A stretch of 64,000 bases of DNA from a virus, in IMG/VR virus record IMGVR_UViG_3300046660_000513, positions 1 to 64,000 of that record; one strand, written 5' to 3'. The position numbers and the translations under genes are program-made. How positions within the stretch are numbered: position 1 is the stretch's first letter; each line of letters starts with the position of its first letter. Below are positions 46,346 to 55,309 of this stretch, in pieces. A model generated the notes under the pieces. The model did not search any database and was not told the origin of the DNA. It saw only the letters and a list, made by a program, of their open reading frames with translations.

Positions 46346-47029
46346 TCAGGAACGGTGCTTTTTCCGAGGAAGATCAGGAAGCCACCAGTCCAGTACCGCA
46401 TCAAGGAAATCCGACCGGGACGGGAACTCATACCCCTTCCAGAGGGTGTCAATGACAGCCAGCTCCTGCCGGGAGGGCCGGAAAGGCTGCTGTGCCGTCT
46501 GTTTGATCCTCCCGCGCGCAGACCGACGGCCCTCCACCTCCCCGAACAGACTGCCTGAATCGTCTTCATCGGGCTGGAGCCGCGCGAGGGCCCTTTCCCG
46601 GATTTTGAAGAAGGCCCCGGCGTTGTTCGCGGCATTCACAGCCCGGCGGACCACCACAGCGTTAGTGGGGGTCCGGCCCGTCTCCTGACTCTTGGCCGCC
46701 TGATACGCGTCAAACCGTTCCTGTACGTCCAAGGAGATGTTGACCGCGCACTGCATGGTCAGTTTTCCCGTCGTCCCGAGGTCCGGGAACGGGAGGGTGA
46801 TCGGGTCCGGCTGTCGGGCGCTCTCCGCCGGGACGGGTTGCGCGGGTACCAGAACGGCTTCAGGCGTCTCCGGATCGGGTACGACAGCCGGTTCCTCAGG
46901 GACGACCGGCGGAGGCGCTACAGGGGTCTCTGGAGGCTGTGCAACGCGGGGTTTCTCCCGCTGGGGCCGACGGGCGAAAGCTGCCGCCAGATCCGGATCA
47001 TCCGGGAGCCCGCCAATTCGGTCGGTCAT
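46346..47029 (-). CDS. ParA partner (putative centromere-binding protein)
   Basis: ATGA-coupled downstream of parA; disordered N-terminus, RHH-like C-terminus (SRSDFLDAVLD). Confidence 0.6.
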   Translation of the reverse strand: MTDRIGGLPDDPDLAAAFARRPQREKPRVAQPPETPVAPPPVVPEEPAVVPDPETPEAVLVPAQPVPAESARQPDPITLPFPDLGTTGKLTMQCAVNISLDVQERFDAYQAAKSQETGRTPTNAVVVRRAVNAANNAGAFFKIRERALARLQPDEDDSGSLFGEVEGRRSARGRIKQTAQQPFRPSRQELAVIDTLWKGYEFPSRSDFLDAVLDWWLPDLPRKKHRS

Positions 47030-47997
47030 GCCGCGTCCGCCTCATCGTCCAGGGCGAACCACGTCTGCACGACTTCCATCGCAAGTGACTGGTAGTCCCC
47101 GGCGAGCGCCCGGATCGACGGCAGCAGCTTGGGGTCCACATCCTTGGAGTTCCTCAGCTCCTGCGGCACCTTGCCCAGCTCACGGCACTTCACGGCCGCA
47201 GCCTCTACATGGCGGATGGCCTGATCGAACACTGGAGCGGTGCCCTGGAGATCCCGTTCCAACTGCTCCTTGATGTTCTTCTGCACCTTGGTAGCCGACG
47301 TGTTCGTGGAGAACAGGACGACACCCAGCAGCCGCAGAAGCGGGTTCAAATCCAGTGCGGTGACGAACCGTCGGGCCACGACCCGGAGCCCCTTACGGGA
47401 CGAAGGATCCGACTTGGAGGGGATGAGAACCATGTCCCCGGACGTGAGCGCCTGTAGCTGGAGAACGTCCGAGCCGGGTGCCACGTCGAGGATGATGCAG
47501 TCGAACTCCTCGCGCAGCGGGTCGATCGCAGCCGCGTACATGCCCATCCACGCGGTGCGGTCCTCGGACTCGCCCTGGGCTCCGGCGATACGCCGCTGTA
47601 CGTACAGCTCTTCAACCACGTTCTCCAGTTCGGTGCCACCCGGGACGACGTACAGGTTCGGGCGTGCGGTGCCGGTGGGGACCAGGGGCTTGCCCTCCAG
47701 GATGGCGGCAGCTTGAGCGGCGCCGTTGTCGTCGAGGGCTGATTTGGTGATGCCGAGGTCTTCGCAGTTGTTGCCCTGTTCGTCCATCTCGATGAGCAGG
47801 GTCTTTTTGCCGATGGCGGCGAGGGCTACAGCGAGAGCGGCGGCTGTGGATGATTTGCCGACGCCTCCCTTGCCGTTGACGATGACGATGATCTTGCGGA
47901 GCAGGTCGCCGTTTTCGATGAGCTGGAGTCGGCGGCGGAGCGCCTTCTTCACCGTGTCGAGCTGGACCAGCGTGATGCTGGCTTGGATGGTTGGCAT
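47026..47997 (-). CDS. parA: ParA-family partition ATPase
   Basis: VNGKGGVGKSS deviant Walker A, IEMDEQGN, IILDVAPG. Confidence 0.93.
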   Translation of the reverse strand: MPTIQASITLVQLDTVKKALRRRLQLIENGDLLRKIIVIVNGKGGVGKSSTAAALAVALAAIGKKTLLIEMDEQGNNCEDLGITKSALDDNGAAQAAAILEGKPLVPTGTARPNLYVVPGGTELENVVEELYVQRRIAGAQGESEDRTAWMGMYAAAIDPLREEFDCIILDVAPGSDVLQLQALTSGDMVLIPSKSDPSSRKGLRVVARRFVTALDLNPLLRLLGVVLFSTNTSATKVQKNIKEQLERDLQGTAPVFDQAIRHVEAAAVKCRELGKVPQELRNSKDVDPKLLPSIRALAGDYQSLAMEVVQTWFALDDEADAA

Positions 47998-48225
47998 GGG
48001 GATGACTTCCTGTGACGGGTTGGGGTCGGGCCAGTCCCAGAGGCTACACAGGATGAGGGGAGATACAACGGTGACGGGTCGTTATGTACTCGTATGGGAG
48101 ATCCCACGCACAAAAAAGGCCCGGCACGGGGCCGGGCCTTCGGTGTTCGGTACGGGGTCGGCGCTTAGCACGCTAGTGGACACAGCCATTAGCACGGGTA
48201 TTAGCAGTCTGGCGGGTGTCTACGC

Positions 48226-48873
48226 CTACGGCTTGAGGGGCTCCCAGCAGCCGCAACCAGTACGACAGTGGGTGTGCTGGCGAGTATTCGGGTCCCAGTG
48301 ACTGGCGAGGACGTGCCCGCACCCGCGACGCTCACAAACCGGTGGATCGTCTACCGGGTAAAGGTTTTTGTTGTGCTCGACGTGCTTCGGATCCCGGTCG
48401 TCCCCGTATTCCTCCATAAGCCGCTGCCGGGTGACAACCTGTATTCCCAGGGAGTCAAGTAGAACGGCGCATTGCATACAGGGTTCATCCGTACAGAAAG
48501 ATGTGGCCCCCCGCAGGGCCGCCTTCCCCACTGCCTCGATGGCCTGAAGGACGGCGTTGTGTTCTGCGTGTATCCCGCTACACCTCCAGCCCGGCTGGTT
48601 GTAGTCCCCGCCGGGCGGGACCTCTTCCTTCGTGCGTAGACCGCGCTCACAGCCCTTTTCCTCGAAGGAGCAGTGGGGCTTTCCGGGGCCGGTGCCGTTG
48701 TAGCCGGTACCGAGGATGCGGGGCGGGGTTCCTCCGACGATCACCGCGCCGACGTGGCGCCGAACGCAGATGGCCATCTCGGCTTCGGCGTAGGCGTGCC
48801 CCAGGTTGATCCGGTCCCGGAGTTCCTTGCGCTGCCGCTTGTATTCCGGGCCGCGCTCGACAGGGGGTTCCAT
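48226..48873 (-). CDS. dCMP deaminase
   Basis: CVRRHVGAVIV...GYNG...HAEHNA...EPCMQC. Confidence 0.9.
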   Translation of the reverse strand: MEPPVERGPEYKRQRKELRDRINLGHAYAEAEMAICVRRHVGAVIVGGTPPRILGTGYNGTGPGKPHCSFEEKGCERGLRTKEEVPPGGDYNQPGWRCSGIHAEHNAVLQAIEAVGKAALRGATSFCTDEPCMQCAVLLDSLGIQVVTRQRLMEEYGDDRDPKHVEHNKNLYPVDDPPVCERRGCGHVLASHWDPNTRQHTHCRTGCGCWEPLKP

Positions 48874-48935
48874 GGCTTTCTCCGTTTCACGAAGAGGGGC
48901 CGCACGGTTTCCCGTACAGCCCTCTCAGGGTTGTC

Positions 48936-49973
48936 TTACAGCCCCTCAGCGATCTTGTGCAGTTCCTGCACGGGACCGGTCTCCAGCTGGTCCGTCCACT
49001 CGGTCGGCCACTCGACTCCGGCAGCGCCACGGATGTTGCCCGCGATCGCCGCGAGGGAGTCGCTGTCCCCGTTCGAGACGGCCGCCCGCTGGAGAACCTG
49101 AACCGGCTCGTCCCAGAGACCGACGGTGCACAGCATCGCCCCGGCAAGCGCCTCGGGAGCCGTCCAGCCCTCGCCCGTGATCTGGCAGGGGTCGGAGTCT
49201 CCGGCCCATCCGTGGTTCAGGGCGTCCCTCGCGGACAGCAGGTAGCCCTTGCACAGCTCGTATCCGGCCCGCAGGTATGCCTTGCTGGAGCCGTACTCGG
49301 ACTGCCCCCACAGATCCCCGAGAACGCGGGTGGGGTAGGTGCCCGGTGCCCGGCAGATCTCGATCAACAGGTCCAGGATCTCCCGGCCTTCCATGCCATC
49401 GTAGGCGCCGAGGATTGCAGCCACCGTGAGCGCGGCCGAGGCCAGTGCTGCCGGGTGAGCGTGCGTGATGGCAGCCGACAGGTAGGCCAGGTGGATGGGG
49501 GACTCGTACAGGTCGTTGGACAGTGCGATCGGTGCGACGCGCATGTTGGCGCCGCATCCCATGGTGTTGATGTCCGTGGCGTCCTGCCAGGTGTAGCCGT
49601 CGCGCAGCATGTCGCAGGCACGCATGCAGGCGTTGCCGGGCGCCCGGTGGTTGTCAGGGTGCTGCGACCAGTAGACGTACTTACTGACCAGCTCGTCCGC
49701 GAAGCTCTCCGTGTACGTCCCGAGGTTGCTGGGTCGCATCTGAAGGAGGGCCCGGCCGGTGGCGATGGTCATCTGGGTGTCGTCGGAGATGAGTACCTTG
49801 CCGTCGGCGTCGCGGTAGCACTTGGCGTGGGGGGCGTTGTCAAAGTCGGCGGTCTGCCAGTTCCGGCCGGGAAGGAAGTTCAGGATGTCGCTGGTGCGGT
49901 TGAACTCGCGGCTGTAGCCGAGGGCGTCTCCGAGGGCGCCTCCGATAAGCGAGGAAAGGGCCTTGTCATTCAA
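48936..49973 (-). CDS. ADP-ribosylglycohydrolase (DraG/ARH family)
   Basis: GALGDALG...E, SDDTQMT, GCGANMRVAP, SNGDSDSLAAIAG; motif 50006 + AGGAG RBS before TTG. Confidence 0.93.
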   Translation of the reverse strand: MNDKALSSLIGGALGDALGYSREFNRTSDILNFLPGRNWQTADFDNAPHAKCYRDADGKVLISDDTQMTIATGRALLQMRPSNLGTYTESFADELVSKYVYWSQHPDNHRAPGNACMRACDMLRDGYTWQDATDINTMGCGANMRVAPIALSNDLYESPIHLAYLSAAITHAHPAALASAALTVAAILGAYDGMEGREILDLLIEICRAPGTYPTRVLGDLWGQSEYGSSKAYLRAGYELCKGYLLSARDALNHGWAGDSDPCQITGEGWTAPEALAGAMLCTVGLWDEPVQVLQRAAVSNGDSDSLAAIAGNIRGAAGVEWPTEWTDQLETGPVQELHKIAEGL

Positions 49974-50046
49974 GGGTGCTCCTAGGGCGGGTGGCTGGGT
50001 TGATGTATCTACCCTAGCACACTTGTGAAATGATGCGCAAGCGTGG

Positions 50047-50262
50047 TCAGTCCGACTGCCGGGCAATCGCCGCGTTTGCCCACATCATGACGCCCTCCAG
50101 ATGTGTCATCGCAAGCGCCTTCTCCCGCCCATCCGGCACGAGGAGGTTGAGCGCCACAGCAAGCGTCAGACATTGAGCCCTCACCTGCTCGTGCTGCTCC
50201 CTCCGGTCTTGCGTCGCCGTTGGGTGAAACGCGAACCTGTTCTCCAGCTCAACGGGATCCAT
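50047..50262 (-). CDS. Acb2/Tad1-like hairpin protein (putative immune-signal sponge)
   Basis: RFAFH...VPDGREKALAMTHLEGVMMWANAAIAR resembles Tad1 C-terminal RExxxAxTHxExxxMW. Confidence 0.7.
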   Translation of the reverse strand: MDPVELENRFAFHPTATQDRREQHEQVRAQCLTLAVALNLLVPDGREKALAMTHLEGVMMWANAAIARQSD

Positions 50263-50264
50263 GA

Positions 50265-50816
50265 TCAATTTCCTCTCTTCGCTTCCAGGTACATCAGGTA
50301 CTCGTGCACCCGACGGTTCCACCGGGCGTCTTCCAGCGCGTTGTGCTCCCCAGCCAGCTGCCCCGGCAGCTTCGGATTCCCGAGGCGTACGGCCTCCTGC
50401 TTGAGGTCACCCGTGTACATCGGAACACCCTCCGGCAGGTCGATCATCCGGCCCCACAGCTGAGCCAGCGCTACATGGTCATACGCGCTGTACCAACCGA
50501 ACAGCTGCGGAGAGGCGAACTGAGTGATGAACTTCCGGACGCCCTCCGCCAGATCCTTCTTGGACCCCAGGAACCCGCTGTCCGGGTGCTCCTCATCCCA
50601 CTCCAGCCCCCACATGAACACCCCGTTCCACCGCTTCAGCGGGAGCGAAGGCACCACATGCTCAAGCAGCCAGTCGTGCTTAGCTATTCGGTGCAGCGGG
50701 GCCTCTCGGTTGATGCCATAGAAGTGATGCCCGCCCTCGGAAACCAGGCCGATGCTGATCAGTTCGATGGTGGCCCCGTCCTCCAGGAACTCCGTGTCGA
50801 TGTAGAGGCGTGTCAT
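50265..50816 (-). CDS. DEDD 3'-5' exoribonuclease (RNase AS-like)
   Basis: YIDTEFLEDG..IELISIGLV...AYDHVAL.QLWG.M..LP...HNALEDARW. Confidence 0.88.
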   Translation of the reverse strand: MTRLYIDTEFLEDGATIELISIGLVSEGGHHFYGINREAPLHRIAKHDWLLEHVVPSLPLKRWNGVFMWGLEWDEEHPDSGFLGSKKDLAEGVRKFITQFASPQLFGWYSAYDHVALAQLWGRMIDLPEGVPMYTGDLKQEAVRLGNPKLPGQLAGEHNALEDARWNRRVHEYLMYLEAKRGN

Positions 50817-51004
50817 CAGATCCCCTCCAGATACGCGTCAAGGGCCTGCTCGCCTCCGCTGCGGAGAACGTGCAGACCCTGCTCTATGTCGGTCGGATAG
50901 GTGGCGGCGTACGCGGCGAACCAGACGTCATCGGCGGCCGGGCCCAGGTACCAGAGTGCCGCCGTGAGAATGGCATCCCGGAGAGCTGTCCGGGTGTTAT
51001 TCAT
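50816..51004 (-). CDS. Hypothetical protein
   Basis: Overlaps with neighbours. Confidence 0.55.
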   Translation of the reverse strand: MNNTRTALRDAILTAALWYLGPAADDVWFAAYAATYPTDIEQGLHVLRSGGEQALDAYLEGI

Positions 51005-51428
51005 CGGTCTTCTTGCGGGGTCCATAGCCGCCCGGCTTGCGTCGCAGCGCATTTCGGGTCTCCCGCCAAGCCGCCTTGTGCTCCTGACAGGGGGAGCAAG
51101 GGCACTTGTACCGCATCCATCCGGTGGTCGTACCGTGCGTGAAACCGGTCATCTCGTCACCGGTCTTGCGCTCATGGCACGGCTTGCAGAGCAGTTGGCA
51201 CTTAGCCAGCTCCGCAAGAACATCACCGCGCTTCAACGACATGTTGTCGCTGATCTCCATGGTCTTTTGCGCACGGTCAATGTGATCCACCTGAAGACGT
51301 TCGGTAGCACCGCAGCGCACGCACTTACCGCCCAGGTGGTCATATATCGCCTGACGACGCTTGTGGTAGTAGTCCCGGTGGTACCCCTGCGGGTCCGCCA
51401 GGTAGCGGGGGAGGGGATTGGTAGTCAC
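50997..51428 (-). CDS. HNH endonuclease with HGT-Cys C-terminal zinc motif
   Basis: GGKCVRCG...LQVDHID...KCQLLCKPCH..K. Confidence 0.9.
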   Translation of the reverse strand: MTTNPLPRYLADPQGYHRDYYHKRRQAIYDHLGGKCVRCGATERLQVDHIDRAQKTMEISDNMSLKRGDVLAELAKCQLLCKPCHERKTGDEMTGFTHGTTTGWMRYKCPCSPCQEHKAAWRETRNALRRKPGGYGPRKKTDE

Positions 51429-51429
51429 G

Positions 51430-51504
51430 TGCCGCCGGTGGGATTCGAACCCACACTGACCGGGACTTGAATCCGGTGCCTTCTGCCAATTGGGCTACGG
51501 CGGC
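51430..51504 (-). tRNA. tRNA-Leu(CAA), actinobacterial short-variable-arm type
   Basis: GCCGCCG TA GCCCAATTGGCAGAAGGC A CCGGA TTCAAGT CCCGG TCAGT GTGGG TTCGAAT CCCAC CGGCGGC A; no encoded CCA. Confidence 0.9.
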
Positions 51505-51615
51505 TGGTCCTGCAACAAACGTTGTGAGGTGGTGATTATGCCGGTCAGAGTACGGCTGAGGGGGACCGCCGTCAACAGTCCCCCTCTAGCACCCGAACCC
51601 GAGAAGATCCTAGCA

Positions 51616-52437
51616 CTACTCCAGTTCAAGCCGCCCACCGGGGACCTCGGTCTGACCTACCATCGCCTGCCGACCGGCAACGGTTCCGTGGTCCCAGCCG
51701 TCGGTACTCCACTGACCGCCTGAACGGGCACTCCGGAGTTTGAGATCTTCGAACATCCGGGCAATCCGGGCTGCGGTGTCGACAAGAACGACCTGGTATC
51801 CCCGGCCTGCCTCCTGGACGGCATCCGCCCGCTTGAGCCGGATCCGCTCGGCTGCTTCTACGTAGAACGCCAGGCAGAACGACCTACGCCGCGCGCGGAT
51901 CTCGGAGTTGAGGTGCCGCACGAAGTCCTTGGGGTCTGCCCCGTCGTTCTTCATGGCTGTGATGAGGCGTTGGATGTGGGTGATGGACGGGTCTTGCCGG
52001 GTCTCCGCGATGTACTTGATGTTCGCGTTGACTTCTTGCAGCATCAGGGACGGGAGCAGCACCTTGAGAATTTCCATGGTCGACTCGGTGGCGTAGGCGA
52101 CGAGTTCCTCTTGCTCTCCCTTCTTTCCGTATGGGATGCGACGGGCGTATCCTCGGCCGCCCATGGCCTCCAGTACTTCGATGACGCCGTAGCCCCGGGT
52201 CGTGTTGAGGCCGTAGGACGTCGGGTAGGTGAAGGTGTGGATGACGATGTCTTCCCGCTGGTATTGCCCGTTGTGCGGGTTCAGCTTCGTGGCGTCGACC
52301 CGGTGTTTGTTCGCGAGCCGGTACACCCGGTCCATGGCGAGATCGCGCTCATCCTGCGACGTACCGGGGTCTTCGGCGAGACGGAGCAGGGATTCGATCT
52401 GTTCCCGGATGCGCTCGGGGCTCGTGTTCTTGGCCAT
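51616..52437 (-). CDS. DUF2786-domain protein
   Basis: IESLLRLAEDPGTSQDERDLAMDRVYRLANKHRVD N-terminus; RRRSFCLAF; G...GRQA.VGQ C-terminus. Confidence 0.75.
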   Translation of the reverse strand: MAKNTSPERIREQIESLLRLAEDPGTSQDERDLAMDRVYRLANKHRVDATKLNPHNGQYQREDIVIHTFTYPTSYGLNTTRGYGVIEVLEAMGGRGYARRIPYGKKGEQEELVAYATESTMEILKVLLPSLMLQEVNANIKYIAETRQDPSITHIQRLITAMKNDGADPKDFVRHLNSEIRARRRSFCLAFYVEAAERIRLKRADAVQEAGRGYQVVLVDTAARIARMFEDLKLRSARSGGQWSTDGWDHGTVAGRQAMVGQTEVPGGRLELE

Positions 52438-52576
52438 GGTTCCTCGGAAGTGATGGGGGTTAGTTACCCCAGAGTACCAGGATAGATAGATCTTGAAATA
52501 GGTGTTGTAGATCTTCCCGGGGGCGTGCTAGTGTAGATACATCGCAAGACGGAGACACCAAACCGAGGAGACTTCC

Positions 52577-53071
52577 GTGGCCACCACCTTCGCCCCCAAG
52601 ATGATCAGCCCCAAGCAGTCCGCCTACATCGCCTCCCTCATCGAGTCGCGCACGGCGCCCCAGGGTCTGATCGGGCGATTCACGGAGGACATGACCGCGA
52701 CGTCGGCGTCGGACCTGATCGAGAAGCTCCTCAAGTGCCCGTGGAAGAACGACAAGCCCCAGGTCAAGAAGTCGCCGAAGGTCACGGAGATCGTTCCCGA
52801 GGGCTTCTACTGCCACGACGAGAAGTACTACAAGGTCCAGACCTCCAAGACCTCGGGCAAGCGCTACGCGAAGATCTGGACCGGCAAGAGCTGGAGCTAC
52901 AACGCGGGCGGGATCTACCAGCTGACCTTGGCCGACAAGATGACGGCTGAGCAGGCCAAGAAGTTCGGCAAGAAGACAGGCAACTGCATTTGCTGCGGCC
53001 GACTCCTTACCGTCAAGGCTTCGGTTGAAGCGGGAATTGGGCCCGTATGCGCTGAAAAGTACGGATTCTAA
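52577..53071 (+). CDS. DUF6011 zinc-finger protein
   Basis: SPKQ.AYI..L N-terminus; C..CGRLLT...S...GIGPVC. Confidence 0.8.
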   Translation: MATTFAPKMISPKQSAYIASLIESRTAPQGLIGRFTEDMTATSASDLIEKLLKCPWKNDKPQVKKSPKVTEIVPEGFYCHDEKYYKVQTSKTSGKRYAKIWTGKSWSYNAGGIYQLTLADKMTAEQAKKFGKKTGNCICCGRLLTVKASVEAGIGPVCAEKYGF

Positions 53072-53129
53072 CCTAGATGTTCTATTCGGGAAGGGCTCTC
53101 GGGCCCTTCCCACCTTCATAGGAGACACC

Positions 53130-53405
53130 ATGCGTAAGCGCCTGTATGGGACCCGATTCACCACCGGCTGCGGCCACTCCTGGCGCCGCCGCTACCCGAA
53201 GTGGACGGTCCGCGACCTGGGTGGGGCCTCCACCGACTGCGCGGCCTGCGGAGAGCTGCTGATGATCCCGGCCGAACAGTTCGAGGGCCAGAACCCCGCC
53301 GCGTTCCCGGTAAACGTACACATGCCCCTGTTCCACCTGTACCTCCACCAGCAGGACGCGCGGTGGCCTGCCGACGGCGGGGGAACCGGCTTCGCGGAGT
53401 TCTGA
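53130..53405 (+). CDS. Hypothetical protein
   Basis: AGGAG RBS. Confidence 0.65.
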   Translation: MRKRLYGTRFTTGCGHSWRRRYPKWTVRDLGGASTDCAACGELLMIPAEQFEGQNPAAFPVNVHMPLFHLYLHQQDARWPADGGGTGFAEF

Positions 53406-53457
53406 TCCCAACTGGGGGCCTTCGGGCCCCCCTTTCACCCATTTGAGAGGAAACCCC

Positions 53458-54003
53458 ATGGAAGACATGATCAACTGGCCAGGCACTCTGGACTACGAGG
53501 ACTCAGGGGAGGGCGGCCTGTTCGCCTGGATGATCGTGCCTGAGTTCATCAGTTCCGGCGAGGCGTACGGCGCCAACGTCTACGGCAACAACTGCCACGT
53601 GGACGTGGACGCGTACCTGTCCCGGCCCCGGGTCATGCTCAAGTCCCCCGACGTGTGCGTGAGTCCCGAGGGGCGCAAGGTATTCGAGCCGTACAACCAC
53701 CGGGACAGCTGGTTCAACCAGTCCATGAGGCTGGACCGAATGGTTCGGGAGTATCTGGGGGAGGACCGGGAGCGCGGGTTGCGGCAGGGTCTGATTCAGT
53801 CGCTCGGCGCGGACGACATCAGTGTTCCGATGCTGGCGTCCGTGTTCCTCGGGTCGACGGGCCAGAGCCTCTACAGCCACCGTCAGGGCGGTTACTTCGC
53901 GGTGACGAAGAACGATCTGACCCTGAACGGGAAGACGCTGTATAACGCGTTCCAGCAGGCGTTCGGCGTCGATCCGATCATCCTGACGTTTTTGGACACA
54001 TGA
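53458..54003 (+). CDS. Hypothetical protein
   Basis: GAGG RBS. Confidence 0.7.
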   Translation: MEDMINWPGTLDYEDSGEGGLFAWMIVPEFISSGEAYGANVYGNNCHVDVDAYLSRPRVMLKSPDVCVSPEGRKVFEPYNHRDSWFNQSMRLDRMVREYLGEDRERGLRQGLIQSLGADDISVPMLASVFLGSTGQSLYSHRQGGYFAVTKNDLTLNGKTLYNAFQQAFGVDPIILTFLDT

Positions 54004-54073
54004 CCGTACCGGGGAGGGGGCCATTTGCGGTTCCCCTCCCCGTTCGCTAGGGTAGATATAACCCAACCCGGAG

Positions 54074-55309
54074 ATGATCATGGCCGACTTTTCTAAGCAC
54101 CAAACCGAATCGGACATCAGGCAGGAGATGCGACGGCTCCAGTCGGACCGGATCCGGACGAAGAGGGCTCTCAAGGACGCGGCCCAGGGGATGCGAGCCC
54201 GTCCGGGCCTGGCTCCCCCGCAAAGCATGATGGACATGTTCCCCCACGCCACACACCCGTGGACGGCTGCCAAGTTTGTATCCGAGCTGGAACGCCGACA
54301 CTTCGGAGCGGTCGAGTGGCTCGAAAATGCCGGATGGGAGCCGGTCGCTGATGCCTTGCTCGGGGATGACGGGAAGATGCCCGAGGTTCCCATGACGGTG
54401 AGTTCCGTCCTCCAGTATCACCTTCAGATGACCGCGCAGGAGGTCGCAGTACACCGCCTGTGGGGGCGATACAAGGTCGTGTTCGATGTCCACCCCGGGC
54501 TCACCCGTCATCTGCGGTCGTCCAGCAGCGACAAGTTCCCGCCGATGGTGCTCCAGAGCCTGACCCACATCAACCCGGTGGTGTTCCTGGAAGAGCCGGT
54601 AAGCCTGCGGGACTCGGCAGGCAAACCGGTCCGGTTGATCGGCTGGTACGTCGCGGGCATGAGTGCGCGTAAGGGGTATATCGACACCACTGATCCGCGC
54701 GCGCAGTCGTTTCATCTGACCACCATCTCTGAGGTGCTGAGCCAGGACGAAAAGGAAGTGATCGACTGGGACCACTGCCGGATCACGCTGCCCGTCACGG
54801 GATCTGACGCCACGGTGGGCGAACTCATTGAGCAGGCCCTCGATGCGTTCCAGTGGGACCCCACAGTGTCCGGGCAGACCCAGGAATTGCAGCGACAGTT
54901 CATCTCGGACTTGCTGTACGTGGCCGTGCCGCACATGTTGTACCTCGTGTCCCAGGGGCTGGAGACCCAGCCGAAGCCGTTCCACACCCCGGCGGCACCG
55001 AAGAAAAACAGCTGGGAAAAGAAGCGAGGTGGCGGAAAGGTGATCCGGCAGCTGGTGGGGTTCCGTACGGGACCCGCGCTGGCGGCCATGGACCGTTGGG
55101 GGGACGACGTTTCAGAGAGCCGTGAACCCCGGGGGCTTCAGGGGCTGCGGAGGTCTCCTGTGGCGCATATGAGGCGGGCGCACTTTCACACGTTCCTGGC
55201 GGGTCCCCGGGATGCGCCGGAGCGCGAGAAGCGGGTGAAGTGGCTTCCTCCGATTCCGGTCAACGCGGAGGGTTCGCCTACGGAGACCGTGGCGGTGAAG
55301 ATCAAGTAG
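54074..55309 (+). CDS. Protein with AcrVA2/FinQ-like C-terminal motif
   Basis: SPVAHMRRAHFHTFLAG...KWLPPIPVN; motif 54045 upstream. Confidence 0.6.
   Translation: MIMADFSKHQTESDIRQEMRRLQSDRIRTKRALKDAAQGMRARPGLAPPQSMMDMFPHATHPWTAAKFVSELERRHFGAVEWLENAGWEPVADALLGDDGKMPEVPMTVSSVLQYHLQMTAQEVAVHRLWGRYKVVFDVHPGLTRHLRSSSSDKFPPMVLQSLTHINPVVFLEEPVSLRDSAGKPVRLIGWYVAGMSARKGYIDTTDPRAQSFHLTTISEVLSQDEKEVIDWDHCRITLPVTGSDATVGELIEQALDAFQWDPTVSGQTQELQRQFISDLLYVAVPHMLYLVSQGLETQPKPFHTPAAPKKNSWEKKRGGGKVIRQLVGFRTGPALAAMDRWGDDVSESREPRGLQGLRRSPVAHMRRAHFHTFLAGPRDAPEREKRVKWLPPIPVNAEGSPTETVAVKIK

Noticed and set aside
48226-48873. Deaminase editing tRNA-Leu C34 to U to create a bldA equivalent
   Set aside because: The protein has ordinary dCMP deaminase motifs and no RNA-binding domain; only proximity supports the idea
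51430-51504. Reading the tRNA as a UCA (Sec/opal suppressor) tRNA
   Set aside because: The 7-nt loop centred in the stem gives CAA, and the body matches the actinobacterial Leu(CAA) pattern; there is no long Sec variable arm
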